Source of the DNA: a virus
Direction: 5' to 3' (one strand)
Virus record (IMG/VR): IMGVR_UViG_3300042472_000301
Location: 28,901-92,900 of that record
DNA length: 64,000 nucleotides
The position numbers and the translations under genes are program-made. Shown here piece by piece: positions 28,824-37,956 of this stretch (the stretch's first letter is position 1; each line of letters begins with the position of its first letter). A model generated the notes under the pieces. That model searched no databases. It saw only the letters and a list, made by a program, of their open reading frames with translations, and was not told the origin of the DNA.

Positions 28824-29029
28824 GCATACTACTCGCTGCACCGTGGCAAGCTGTTCTCAGCGACTATCTAGAATGGCTGCTGGGCGCTACCCATCACCAC
28901 AGCATCTGCTTTCACATACCAACACGGCTGAGGACTGCTATTCGGGCATAGGGTCTTACGACTTGCTGCTCTGTGGTTACGGCAATCCCCATGCGTGTTG
29001 GTGCCGGGCTTTGGGTTCAGGTGCCCGGC
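28824..29029 (-). ncRNA. candidate structured RNA cassette upstream of DNA polymerase
   Basis: Three adjacent stem-loops; two contain G-U pairs valid only on the minus strand. Confidence 0.4.
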
Positions 29030-29043
29030 GACCTGTAATGACT

Positions 29044-29607
29044 TTACCAGTCCTCGCCTGATGCCTCGTAGGCACCGAGCTCGTTGACCGCGTCGGTCAT
29101 GGCCTTGGCTGCGCCACCGAACGGTGTGCCGTCGGCGACCTTCTGCACGACGTTGAGCTCGAGCGTCACGCCACCCTTTTGTGAGGTGCCGTAGGCCTTG
29201 GCGTTCAGGCTGGCGCGCACGTAGCAGCCACCGTAGACCTCGAGCTCGTCAAGAATCTCGGCGCTGTTGGCGTCCACGATGCGCGGGCGCTGCTTGTTGC
29301 TCGCCTTGATGACCCAGTTGCCCTTGGCCGCAGGGTCGTCGACCTCGTCGCCGTCGGTGATACCCCAGCGCTCAAAGTTCGTGGGCACCTTGGTCGGGTA
29401 GAGCTCCTTCACCGCGGCGTCTTGGGCTGCGCGCAGGTCGTCGATAAACTTCTTCTCGGCCTTGGGCACGAGCAGGCTGATCGAGTACTTCGGGTCACCC
29501 TCGCCTTGGAAGGCTGTGGGCTTGAAGATGTGCGGATAGGACGCACGTGCTTTGGGTGAGTTAACTCGTGAAGAGCGTGTAACTTGGATTTTAGCGGCGG
29601 TTGCCAT
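29044..29607 (-). CDS. ssDNA-binding protein (DUF2815 family)
   Basis: RASYPHIF.P, KYSISLL.PK, DGD, VYGGCY.RA, L..VQKV.DG.PFGG, acidic C-terminal tail. Confidence 0.85.
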   Translation of the reverse strand: MATAAKIQVTRSSRVNSPKARASYPHIFKPTAFQGEGDPKYSISLLVPKAEKKFIDDLRAAQDAAVKELYPTKVPTNFERWGITDGDEVDDPAAKGNWVIKASNKQRPRIVDANSAEILDELEVYGGCYVRASLNAKAYGTSQKGGVTLELNVVQKVADGTPFGGAAKAMTDAVNELGAYEASGEDW

Positions 29608-29628
29608 AGTAGGACCTTTTTAACGTGT

Positions 29629-30726
29629 TTAAGAACGCAGCAACTCGGCGAGCGCTGCATCGTTTGTGCTGAGTTCCGATCGCTTGTCCTCGATCGTTGT
29701 CAGCGTGGGTTTACCGGGCGGCTTGGTAATTAAATCACCAAGTAACTCGGTAAATTTCTTCTTGCCAACGAGGGTTTCGATGGCACCTATTCCAAGCAGC
29801 TTTGTAGCATAAATATGTTCGGACTTGAAGTCGTTTGTTAAAAGCCTGTCTGCAACCTTTGCATCGTCTGACCAACTGCGCACGCTGCGACCTTCGACCA
29901 ACTTCAAACCCGGTAACTTCACGCCAGTCTCTGCACGCTTAAGCGCTTGATCCTGCAAGTCGTTTGCCCACGCGACGATGCCAGCAAGTTTGGGGTAGAT
30001 GGCTGCAAGCTCTGCATCGGCCATCAGCTCGCCTGCGGGTTGGTCAGACACTGTTGCAATCATCATGTCAGCGCGTGCCCGGCACGAGTGACGCGCCTTG
30101 CAGAACCGGCAGTGGTCACCTGCAACAGCCTCGCCCTCGCCCTTAAACGCGATCTCAGCAATTGGCTTGACTGTCTCGCCCCATGCAAGGAGTGCGTCAA
30201 CGTTGGTGGCCCACGAGCTGATGTTATGAATGCGTGGCTGCACGATGTGGAGCACGATGTCAGTGAAGGGCCCGTACACCAAGTCGTACTCGTTAATCGC
30301 ACCCAAGCCGTAGAGCATGGCCTGTGAATTATTCTCAACGTCCACGGCCACACCCTTGCCGTGCTTGTAGTCAAAGACGTGGATGGTCTGGCGATCGATC
30401 AGCACGCAGTCGCTCGTACCAAAGCCTTCGGGCACCCACGGGCTCACGTCAAGCTTAACCTCCACCAGCATGTGCTCGTGCTTGAACGAGCGCACGTAAT
30501 CGAGGTAGATCTGCACCGCGTCGCGCATCTCTTGGCTGTAGTCACCGATAATTTCATCGGCCGGTTTGCCTGTCACCAGCGCGCGCTCACCGAGCTCGTG
30601 CGCCAGACGACCCTCGGCCGCGTATGGGCTCTGCTCGTCGGGGAAGTGCGACTCAAGCCGCACACTCGGTGTGCAATTTAACCACTGGTGGCTCTTGGAG
30701 CATCCGAGGTAGGCGTGCTCACTCAT
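29629..30726 (-). CDS. DUF2800 PD-(D/E)XK (Cas4-like) nuclease
   Basis: HA.L..S...WL.C.PS, A.EG..AHEL.E, GFGTSD, DYKHGKG, Q..LYGLGA, HCRFC. Confidence 0.85.
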   Translation of the reverse strand: MSEHAYLGCSKSHQWLNCTPSVRLESHFPDEQSPYAAEGRLAHELGERALVTGKPADEIIGDYSQEMRDAVQIYLDYVRSFKHEHMLVEVKLDVSPWVPEGFGTSDCVLIDRQTIHVFDYKHGKGVAVDVENNSQAMLYGLGAINEYDLVYGPFTDIVLHIVQPRIHNISSWATNVDALLAWGETVKPIAEIAFKGEGEAVAGDHCRFCKARHSCRARADMMIATVSDQPAGELMADAELAAIYPKLAGIVAWANDLQDQALKRAETGVKLPGLKLVEGRSVRSWSDDAKVADRLLTNDFKSEHIYATKLLGIGAIETLVGKKKFTELLGDLITKPPGKPTLTTIEDKRSELSTNDAALAELLRS

Positions 30727-31063
30727 GGCGGTTGCTCAACTTGGCGGCCAGCTCGTCGCGCTGCTCGTCGGTCATGGCCTTGATGCCGCCGGTGCTGTAG
30801 GACGAGATCATCGCCTTGACTGCGGGGCTACCAACCTCCGCGGCCGTGGCCACGCACAGCGCCTGCAGGTCTTCGACACTGATGTGCTCGGGCTCTTTTT
30901 TCTTGCGGGTCTTGGGTGGTGTGACGGGCGTGGCTTCCTCTGCGACTGGTGGCTCGTCGGCCACCATCACCGCGTTGCTAATCGTGGATATCGCGCTACT
31001 TAAATCAGATACCTTGCGGCGTAGCTCTTCAATTGTCTGGGCTTGGATATTGATCGTAAACAT
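30719..31063 (-). CDS. hypothetical protein upstream of DUF2800
   Basis: ACACGGAG RBS; coiled coil, Pro linker, small helical C-terminal domain. Confidence 0.6.
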   Translation of the reverse strand: MFTINIQAQTIEELRRKVSDLSSAISTISNAVMVADEPPVAEEATPVTPPKTRKKKEPEHISVEDLQALCVATAAEVGSPAVKAMISSYSTGGIKAMTDEQRDELAAKLSNRHE

Positions 31064-31106
31064 TTGTGTTTCTCCGTGTTTGTGAAATTAAATAGTAGCA
31101 CGGATT

Positions 31107-31119
31107 TTAACTGTGTTAA
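31107..31119. promoter_or_regulatory. palindromic operator in divergent control region
   Basis: TTAACTGTGTTAA, matching TTDAC-N3-GTHAA. Confidence 0.5.
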
Positions 31120-31145
31120 TATTTTTGCTCTTTCGGAGGTTTTGT

Positions 31146-31328
31146 ATGTTCAAGTTCAGTAAGTATTATGCCTCGCTGACTGCGCAGCAAAAGCGTGATC
31201 TTGCGCTTGGCGTGCACAGCAGCATGAGCTATCTTGGAATGATCGCGCACGGGAAGCGCAAACCCTCGGAGCGCTTCGCAGCAGCGCTGAGTTTGGCCGC
31301 GGGTAAGAAATTCAACTACAAGGTTTGA
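31146..31328 (+). CDS. Cro-like helix-turn-helix regulator
   Basis: GGAGG RBS; QKRDLA...SSMSYL..IAHGKRKPS; first gene of the rightward replication unit. Confidence 0.7.
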   Translation: MFKFSKYYASLTAQQKRDLALGVHSSMSYLGMIAHGKRKPSERFAAALSLAAGKKFNYKV

Positions 31329-31329
31329 T

Positions 31330-33813
31330 ATGACAGACACGATAACGTTGCTTAAAACGATGAACGGTCGCAGGATGACCAAGTTATGGAAACAAGACGG
31401 TACGATCGATGGCTACGAGGACGCCAAGCACTTTAAGATGCGCCGCGAGCAGGTCGCAAGTTTAGACGAGCTCGGCGCGATGCTCAAGAGGATTGAGGGT
31501 AATCCCGACGTGTGCCTGATACGCGGGGCTTACGTGGGTGACGAGCTCGCTGAGAAGTCAGAGTACTCGGGCTACGTGCGTCGTGCTCTGGTTAACTTTA
31601 CTGACCAGCCGCTGCACGCGGTCATGTTTGACGTTGATAACTTCGAGCACGAGGGCGCGCCCGAGGAGGCGATCGACGCGTGGATCGAGACCACGCTGCC
31701 TGCGTTCGCTGGTGTGCGCTACTGGTGGCAGCTCTCGTCGTCTGCAGGGCGCACACCCGGTGTGCTCAAGGCGCACGTGTGGTTCTGGTTGGCCGAGCCT
31801 CGCACGAGCGCTCAGCTACGTGCGTGGGGTATCGGCATCGCAGGCCTTGATCACTCGGTCTTTAACCCAGTGCAGGCGCACTACACGGCCGCGCCTGTGT
31901 TCGAGGCCGGTGTGGCTGACCCGGTCGGTGCTCGCTCAGGCATGTCGTCTGGCTGGTTTGACTCGGTCGCAATCGACGTGTCGGACGTGAAGGTGCCTGA
32001 GTACGAGGGGTCGTACACGATGAGTGACCCTCGCGAGAAGCCCGGCGTGGTGGGCGCGTTCTGTCGCGCGTTTAGCGTGGAGGAGGTGATCGTGCGCTGG
32101 CTCCCGGATAAGTTCCGCTTCCAGATGGATGACAACGAGCGCCGGCTCACCTACAAGGCCGGTGGCGGCTCAGTGGGTGGTGCCTTTATCAGCGACGACC
32201 GTATGCACGTGGTCAACAAGCACGCGACCGACCCGTGTCTGGGGCGCGCGGTTAACGTCTTCGATTTGGTGCGGGTGCACAAGTTCGGGCACCTCGATGA
32301 GGGTGCTGACCCGCTCGATCTGGTGCAGATACAGTCACACCCCTCGCAGCTGGCCATGCTCAAGATGTGCGAGGGTTTGCCAGAAATCGCCGCGGAAAAG
32401 ACAGCGGCCGTCGCCAGTTGGTCGGAGCGCATCGCGGCGGCCGCTTTAACAGATTTGGAGGCGCTCACGGCAGAGATCGGTTTGGACGTTGGGCAGGTTG
32501 AGCAGGCGGCACTCGTGCAGGCGCTTAGGCGTCGCTTTGCGGAGCTGGGGGCGAACATGCCAGTTGCCGACATCCGGCGCATGATGCGCCCACGGCGTGC
32601 GCAGGTGGCGCTGCCTGACATGAACGCCGAGGGCGCGCCCCAGCAGACGATTGAGAACGTGGCAGCGGTCTGCCAGAACGCGGGGATAGTCGTGCGCTAC
32701 AACTGCATCAACAAGCACGACGAGATCCTCGTGCCCGGCGCGGGGTGGACGATGGACAACGCGGCCGAGGCCTCGCTCACGGTGATCCGCTCGATGTGCC
32801 ACAAGTCCGAGATCAGGACGCAGTACCTGAAGAGCATCGTCACGACCATCGCCGACATGAACGTCTACAACCCGGTGGTCGAGTGGGTGAGTAGCAAGCC
32901 GTGGGACGGGATGAGCCGGCTGCAGAGCTGGTACGACACGCTGGTGGAGGTGACCGAGGCCATCGAGCGCGGGCGCAAGGAGCTGCTCATGCGCAAGTGG
33001 GCGCTCTCGGCGATTGCCGCGGCCTACTCGCCCGACGGGGTGATGGCTCGCGGCGTGTTGGTGCTCCAAGGCGCGCAGTACATCGGCAAGACCCGGTGGC
33101 TGACTTCGCTTGTGCCGGCGAACTTGAACCTAGTCAACACCGGCAAGAGCCTGAACGTGCACGACAAGGACTCGCTCATGAACGTGCTCTCGGGCTGGCT
33201 GGCTGAGCTGGGTGAGCTTGATGCGACGTTTAAGAAGAGCGACATCGCGGCGCTCAAGGCGTTCCTCACCCAGACGGTGGACGAGATACGCAGACCCTAT
33301 GCCGCGGCGTCTTCGCGCTACGCCCGGCGCACGGTGTTCGCGGCCTCGGTGAACGACGAGACGTTCTTGGGTGACCCCACGGGCAACAGTCGCTTCTGGG
33401 TGATCCCGGTGAGTGCTGTCGTGCACGACCACTCGATCGACATGCAGCAGCTCTGGGCGGAGGTGCTGGCGCTCTGGAAGGCTGGCGAGGTGCACTACCT
33501 GAGCCAGTCGGAGATGGGCGAGGTGAGCGTGCATAACAACCAGTTTGAGCAGTCCGACCCGATTGTGGAGCTCATAACGGACGGTTTGGCGTGGGCGGAT
33601 TTCAGCGAAACGCGGTGTAAGTGGATGAGCGCCTCAGAGATTCTGAGGTGGCTGGACGTGAGGAGTCCCAGTAAAAGGGACACCAGTTTGGCGGGTGCGG
33701 CGGTGCTGAAGTTGAACGGTGGGCTCAAAAAACGGCTCTCAACGGGCCGTTATCTGGCTGTTCCGCTGAGCAAGGCGATGGGGGTTGTGGACGTTGGGGG
33801 CGAGGTATGGTGA
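31330..33813 (+). CDS. primase-helicase (N-terminal primase-like, C-terminal VirE/VapE P-loop)
   Basis: FDVD and AHVWFWL N-terminal motifs; KPG.VGAFCRA; LVLQGAQYIGKT Walker A, ELGEL, R.PY, GNSRFWVI. Confidence 0.85.
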   Translation: MTDTITLLKTMNGRRMTKLWKQDGTIDGYEDAKHFKMRREQVASLDELGAMLKRIEGNPDVCLIRGAYVGDELAEKSEYSGYVRRALVNFTDQPLHAVMFDVDNFEHEGAPEEAIDAWIETTLPAFAGVRYWWQLSSSAGRTPGVLKAHVWFWLAEPRTSAQLRAWGIGIAGLDHSVFNPVQAHYTAAPVFEAGVADPVGARSGMSSGWFDSVAIDVSDVKVPEYEGSYTMSDPREKPGVVGAFCRAFSVEEVIVRWLPDKFRFQMDDNERRLTYKAGGGSVGGAFISDDRMHVVNKHATDPCLGRAVNVFDLVRVHKFGHLDEGADPLDLVQIQSHPSQLAMLKMCEGLPEIAAEKTAAVASWSERIAAAALTDLEALTAEIGLDVGQVEQAALVQALRRRFAELGANMPVADIRRMMRPRRAQVALPDMNAEGAPQQTIENVAAVCQNAGIVVRYNCINKHDEILVPGAGWTMDNAAEASLTVIRSMCHKSEIRTQYLKSIVTTIADMNVYNPVVEWVSSKPWDGMSRLQSWYDTLVEVTEAIERGRKELLMRKWALSAIAAAYSPDGVMARGVLVLQGAQYIGKTRWLTSLVPANLNLVNTGKSLNVHDKDSLMNVLSGWLAELGELDATFKKSDIAALKAFLTQTVDEIRRPYAAASSRYARRTVFAASVNDETFLGDPTGNSRFWVIPVSAVVHDHSIDMQQLWAEVLALWKAGEVHYLSQSEMGEVSVHNNQFEQSDPIVELITDGLAWADFSETRCKWMSASEILRWLDVRSPSKRDTSLAGAAVLKLNGGLKKRLSTGRYLAVPLSKAMGVVDVGGEVW

Positions 33814-34078
33814 CATGGCTAAAAACTGTTGGCGTATGTCACCGTATGGGTGACATGGTGACATGCGGTGTAAAAAGTAGGCAAAAAAGGGCTTTCATGT
33901 CACTATACGGTGACATGAAAGGGGGGTAGTGACATTAGGTGTCATCATAGGGAACATGTCACCTATGTCACTATATTTATATATATTTTATATAGGGTAA
34001 CTGTGATGGTAGGTGGTAACACACTACATACTTCCTATATAGAGTTAGCAAAGCTGGTCATAGTGTCATGGGTGACAT
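33810..34078. other. probable replication origin (iteron cluster plus AT-rich tract)
   Basis: 10 exact GTGACAT/ATGTCAC copies in both orientations, an 11-bp inverted repeat at 33893-33920, and an AT-only run at 33972-33994. Confidence 0.65.
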
Positions 34079-34472
34079 GGAAAAGGACGTAGAAAAGCGT
34101 TTAGTGGGGGGTATAAAGCGGCTTGGTGGGCAGGCGGTGAAGTTCGTCAGCCCGGCCTCGGCGGGGTGGCCTGATCGCTTGGTTTTGATGCCGGGCGGGC
34201 GGGTGACGTTCATCGAGTTGAAGACAGGCACAGGAAAACTTAGTGAGTTGCAAAAGTACCGGCTGAAGGTTTTGGGTGACTTGGGGTTTGATGCCCGGGT
34301 CCTGTATGGGCACGATGAGGTTAAAGGATTCTTAGATGAAACTGCACGATTATCAGTTGAGGATGGCCGAGCACATGGTGGAGCACCGCGGGGCGATGTG
34401 TTGGTCGGAGGTGGGGCTGGGCAAGACCGCAGCGACCCTGCAGGCGCTTCGGATGATGAAGGCAAGGGGTGA
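34077..34472 (+). CDS. VRR-NUC domain nuclease
   Basis: EKDVE...GG...KFVSP...GWPDRLV...FIELK...GKLS.LQ. Confidence 0.85.
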   Translation: MEKDVEKRLVGGIKRLGGQAVKFVSPASAGWPDRLVLMPGGRVTFIELKTGTGKLSELQKYRLKVLGDLGFDARVLYGHDEVKGFLDETARLSVEDGRAHGGAPRGDVLVGGGAGQDRSDPAGASDDEGKG

Positions 34473-35634
34473 GCCTATCCAAGTGCTGATCGTGGCTCCT
34501 AAGCGTGTTTCTGAGCACGTGTGGGAGGCTGAGCGCGATCTTTGGGCACCCAAGATGCCGATGCTGGTGATTAAGGGCAACCAAGCGCAGCGACGACGTG
34601 CGCTCAGGACACCGTGCGCGGTCAAGGTGATCGGGCGAGACAACGTGAAGTGGCTGGTGGACGAGCTCAAGGATCGTTGGCCGTTCAATGTTTTGGTGGT
34701 GGACGAGAGCCAAGGGTTCAAGAGCCCGTCCACGGCGCGTTTTAAGGCCCTTAGGCGCGTTAAGTTTGACCGGGTGATACTCCTGAGTGCCACACCGGCC
34801 TCAGAGGGCTTGCTGGGGCTCTGGAGCCAGTGCTACTTGGCTGACAGGGGCGAGAGGCTGGGCAGGACCTACACGGGCTACATCAACGCGTTCTTTGTGG
34901 GCGATTACATGGGCTGGAACCTCGCACCGCGGCCCAACGCAGAGAAGGAGATACACGCAAGGGTTAAGGACATCACGGTGGCCATGCGGGCTGAGGACTA
35001 CCTCGACCTGCCTGAGCGCATCAACAGCAACACGGTGGTCGAGATGCTGCCCGGTGAGCTCAAGGTCTACGAGCAGCTCAGACGCGACGCGCTGTTGCCC
35101 ATCACAAACGGCGAGCCGATCACGGCGGCCAACGCCGCGGTGCTTTGGGGCAAGCTGCACCAGCTCTCGGGCGGGGCGATCTACGACGAGGACAAGGCCG
35201 TGCACGTGTTCTCCAACGTGAAGCTCGCAGGCCTGCAGGATGTGATCACGGCCGCGAACGGCAACCCGGTGCTGGTGTTCTACGGCTACAGGCACGAGAT
35301 CGAGCGCATACAGGCCGCCACGGGTGCCGAGCTGCTGGACGTTGATAAGTGGAACGCCGGCCTGCAGAAGGTCGCCTTAGCGCACCCTGACTCGTGCGGG
35401 GCGGGGCTGAACTTGCAGCACGGGGGAAGTATCGCGGTGTGGTTCACACTCCCGGCAAGCCTTGGGCAGTACATTCAGGCTTGCGGGAGGTTGCACCGTC
35501 AGGGTCAGACAAGGCCGGTTTTTATCCACCACCTCGTTGTGGCGGGTACGACAGATGAGGTGGTGTTGGCGCGGCTGGGGGAAAAGAGCACGACGCAGGT
35601 CGAGCTCTTGCGCGCGATGGTTAGACCCGCTTGA
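34336..35634 (+). CDS. SNF2-family helicase
   Basis: LHDYQ, GLGKT, VVDES, SATP, GLNLQ, Q..GRLHRQGQ. Confidence 0.9.
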   Translation: MKLHDYQLRMAEHMVEHRGAMCWSEVGLGKTAATLQALRMMKARGEPIQVLIVAPKRVSEHVWEAERDLWAPKMPMLVIKGNQAQRRRALRTPCAVKVIGRDNVKWLVDELKDRWPFNVLVVDESQGFKSPSTARFKALRRVKFDRVILLSATPASEGLLGLWSQCYLADRGERLGRTYTGYINAFFVGDYMGWNLAPRPNAEKEIHARVKDITVAMRAEDYLDLPERINSNTVVEMLPGELKVYEQLRRDALLPITNGEPITAANAAVLWGKLHQLSGGAIYDEDKAVHVFSNVKLAGLQDVITAANGNPVLVFYGYRHEIERIQAATGAELLDVDKWNAGLQKVALAHPDSCGAGLNLQHGGSIAVWFTLPASLGQYIQACGRLHRQGQTRPVFIHHLVVAGTTDEVVLARLGEKSTTQVELLRAMVRPA

Positions 35635-35830
35635 TGGCGAGCGTGGACTGCAGGTTGTCGAGCAGTCTGAAGAGCGTCGAGGCGGTCGAGTAGTTGCCGG
35701 CCTCGGTGGCGACGGTGATCTGGTTCATGATCGCGTTCATCATGACGGTGTTGGCCGCGTTCCAGCCCGTGCACACTGCGTGCTTGGCGAGGTCATCGGG
35801 GTAGGACGCGAGCAGTTGTTCGTAGTTCAT
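35621..35830 (-). CDS. hypothetical early protein
   Basis: Coupled to the upstream gene; last of leftward cluster. Confidence 0.5.
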   Translation of the reverse strand: MNYEQLLASYPDDLAKHAVCTGWNAANTVMMNAIMNQITVATEAGNYSTASTLFRLLDNLQSTLAIKRV

Positions 35831-36051
35831 AAGTTTCCTAAGTCCTCTAGGGCGTTTTCAAGGCTGTTAATGGCGTTTTCGATGCCGACCATACCCTCGG
35901 ACATCTTCTCACCGCGTTCGCTTTGCTGGAGGCTTTCTGGCATGTTGCCAAAGGCCTCATCTTCTTGGTTAAAAACTTCCTGCAGCTGGCTAAGCGCCTC
36001 TTCGATGGCGGCGATCTGGGCACTGATGATTTTGCGGCGTTCGTTGTTCAT
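35827..36051 (-). CDS. small acidic helical protein
   Basis: Start MNNERRK after AAGGA; E.EAF.NMPESLQ.SERGE.M motif. Confidence 0.65.
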   Translation of the reverse strand: MNNERRKIISAQIAAIEEALSQLQEVFNQEDEAFGNMPESLQQSERGEKMSEGMVGIENAINSLENALEDLGNL

Positions 36052-36085
36052 AAAAATCCTTGAGCCCCCGAAGGGGCTGGTGAGT

Positions 36086-36388
36086 TTACTTGCGGGCTTT
36101 GACGCGGACTTGGAACGAGGCAGACTGCTTGGTGTACTTGGCGTACTCGGCCTCGCCAAACTGCTTGACGAACTTTTCTTTGTCGAAGATGGTGCTGTTG
36201 AATTCGCTGTAGGTCGCGCGAAACAACGAGCCTTCGACGAACGCGACGCCGTCGGCATCGATCTCGAGGTTGCCGTCGGCACCGCGTTCTTTAACGACTT
36301 TCTTGATGGCGTCGGCTTGCTTGGTGAGGTCGGCGATTTGGGCGAGGAGGAGACCGAGTTGGTCGACTGCTGAGGGGGTGAAGTTCAT
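36086..36388 (-). CDS. hypothetical early protein
   Basis: ACACGGAG RBS; D.LG.LLAQIADL...EG.LFRAT. Confidence 0.65.
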   Translation of the reverse strand: MNFTPSAVDQLGLLLAQIADLTKQADAIKKVVKERGADGNLEIDADGVAFVEGSLFRATYSEFNSTIFDKEKFVKQFGEAEYAKYTKQSASFQVRVKARK

Positions 36389-36430
36389 TTTTAAGGCTCC
36401 GTGTTTGTCGTGTTTGGGTACTGAAACTAC

Positions 36431-36459
36431 AGTTTACATTGTAAAGTTATTTTGTGCAA
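36431..36459 (-). promoter_or_regulatory. sigma70-type promoter with perfect palindromic operator
   Basis: TTGCAC-17-TAAACT; TTTACATTGTAAA at 36433-36445. Confidence 0.65.
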
Positions 36460-36461
36460 AC

Positions 36462-36485
36462 GGGGCCGAAGCCCCTGTTGTTTTT
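36462..36485. terminator. GC hairpin after DUF932 gene, possible terminator
   Basis: GGGGC-TTCG-GCCCC on the minus strand, with T-rich flanks. Confidence 0.45.
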
Positions 36486-37299
36486 ATGCCGCAAGCTTGG
36501 CGTATTCGTCGGCCAGCGTCCAGAGCGCCTTGTTCAACTTGACGTTCTCGGTCACGCCACCCACAGCACGGGTTGACATGTTGCGACCGTTAGCTGTACG
36601 ACCCTGCACGCCGCCCTTGATCATGTTCTCCTGCACACGATTGAACGTCGTCCAGAGGTTGTCCTTGTTGTCATCCCAGCGGCGCAGGGTGAGCAGGCGA
36701 TCAGAGGTGATGGGTGCGGCACCGTCGTCGTAGCGCAGTGCCAACGCGGCGCGTGCGAAGAGCTCTTGGTGGGGGCGATCCATCGTCACGGCCTTGTAGT
36801 CGTCGATGCGCGAGCCCACAGCGTTGAGCTCGTCGATCACGCGGTAGGACGCGTCCACCACGTCGTCAACTACGCGCCCGGTGTGACGCACGCGGCAGTC
36901 CGCGGCCACGTCGCCGGCGATGATGCCGTTGGCGCACACCATCCTAAAGAAGCCCGACATGAGCTGGAACGAGCTCGTGCCGTCGTGCGAGTTCAGCAGG
37001 ATGATCTCACCATGGCCTTCGTCGTTCTTGAGCGCCGTGGGGTGACGCAGGCGCAGCAGGTGCTTGGTGTGCTCGCGCTTGTTCAGATCACGCACGCGGG
37101 TCTGGCGAACCTCGTAGGGCTCAAAGCCCTCGGCGCGCAGGCCGTCGAGCACGTCGCTGGTTGGGATGAAGGCGTAGCGCTCACCACGGCTGTCGTGGGC
37201 TTCCTGAGCGAACACAGAGGGCGCGTAGCGCGCGATCATTGCGTTGTCCAGTGGGCTCTGTGAGCGAAAGGCTGTTGGTGCTGACATTTTGATGTTCAT
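36484..37299 (-). CDS. DUF932 family protein
   Basis: APSVFA..AH.SR.ERY.FIPT, EHTKH.LRLR, LLNSHDGTSSFQL..G.FR.VCANG, LWT.FNR.QEN. Confidence 0.9.
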   Translation of the reverse strand: MNIKMSAPTAFRSQSPLDNAMIARYAPSVFAQEAHDSRGERYAFIPTSDVLDGLRAEGFEPYEVRQTRVRDLNKREHTKHLLRLRHPTALKNDEGHGEIILLNSHDGTSSFQLMSGFFRMVCANGIIAGDVAADCRVRHTGRVVDDVVDASYRVIDELNAVGSRIDDYKAVTMDRPHQELFARAALALRYDDGAAPITSDRLLTLRRWDDNKDNLWTTFNRVQENMIKGGVQGRTANGRNMSTRAVGGVTENVKLNKALWTLADEYAKLAA

Positions 37300-37332
37300 G
37301 GTGTTTTCCGTGTGGTTGGGTAGAAAGATTTT

Positions 37333-37362
37333 AGTATAAAGCGGCTTACTTAACATTGTCAA
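37333..37362 (-). promoter_or_regulatory. sigma70-type promoter with operator over the -35
   Basis: TTGACA-18-TATACT; TTGACAATGTTAA at 37350-37362. Confidence 0.7.
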
Positions 37363-37759
37363 CTACGTTGTACGAGTACGACTTAAACTTGGCTATCGCG
37401 GCCGCGTCCTGCTCTGCAGTAAGTGTGAGCCGGGGCTTGAAAGCTTGGCGGTACTCGTGACGCGCCTCAAGCGTAGTGATGTACCATCCAGTGGCGATAC
37501 GCCCAAACTCAATGTAGGTCACAAGGCGTGAGAACTTGTAGGCGTTAGGTAAGGCCTGCCCACTGCGATACGCAGCGCGTGCACCTTCAAAAAGTTTTTT
37601 GTTGGGTAACAACTTACCAAGTTCAGATTCAAAAAACATGGTGATCTCAGGGATTGCCCAAGCTGCAGTTAGTACGTGCTCGGTTGCGCGCCCGTTTGCG
37701 GCGTCCAACAGGGCCTGAATTTTAGGTAAGTTTGCTTCGCTGACTTTGATCGGTTTCAT
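37346..37759 (-). CDS. hypothetical early protein
   Basis: Start MKPIKV after ACACGGAG RBS. Confidence 0.6.
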   Translation of the reverse strand: MKPIKVSEANLPKIQALLDAANGRATEHVLTAAWAIPEITMFFESELGKLLPNKKLFEGARAAYRSGQALPNAYKFSRLVTYIEFGRIATGWYITTLEARHEYRQAFKPRLTLTAEQDAAAIAKFKSYSYNVVDNVK

Positions 37760-37956
37760 GGTGTGACTCCGTGTTTGCGTTGAAGGAATGCGAACAACTT
37801 GCTGCTGGCACAGCGAGCGCAACGATGCTCGGCTGACGTGGCAACAAACTCTGCGTGGGGGTAGGTGAAGTGCTCGCCACGCAACGAGCCGCCCGTGCGA
37901 CCGCGTTGACAAGCTGGGCCACCGTGGACGGTGTGTTGTAGGTGATTTTTGTGCAT
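37756..37956 (-). CDS. small Cys/His-rich early protein
   Basis: ACACGGAG RBS; H...C...CARC; ATGA overlap with the next gene. Confidence 0.55.
   Translation of the reverse strand: MHKNHLQHTVHGGPACQRGRTGGSLRGEHFTYPHAEFVATSAEHRCARCASSKLFAFLQRKHGVTP

Noticed and set aside
29629-30726. CRISPR-associated cas4
   Set aside because: DUF2800 nuclease in a standard phage replication module with no cas operon or array
32150-32175. YKAGG in primase (and similar single GG hits in SSB and segment A proteins) as members of the tag family
   Set aside because: Isolated, apparently inside domains and not paired; treated as background, which also shows single hits need statistical testing
33810-34078. CRISPR array
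   Set aside because: Repeats are 7-mers, irregularly spaced and in both orientations; no spacer structure
35462-36373. 303-aa plus-strand ORF, and many other antisense or alternate-frame ORFs in GC-rich genes
   Set aside because: Shadow ORFs overlapping better-supported genes with RBSs and motifs
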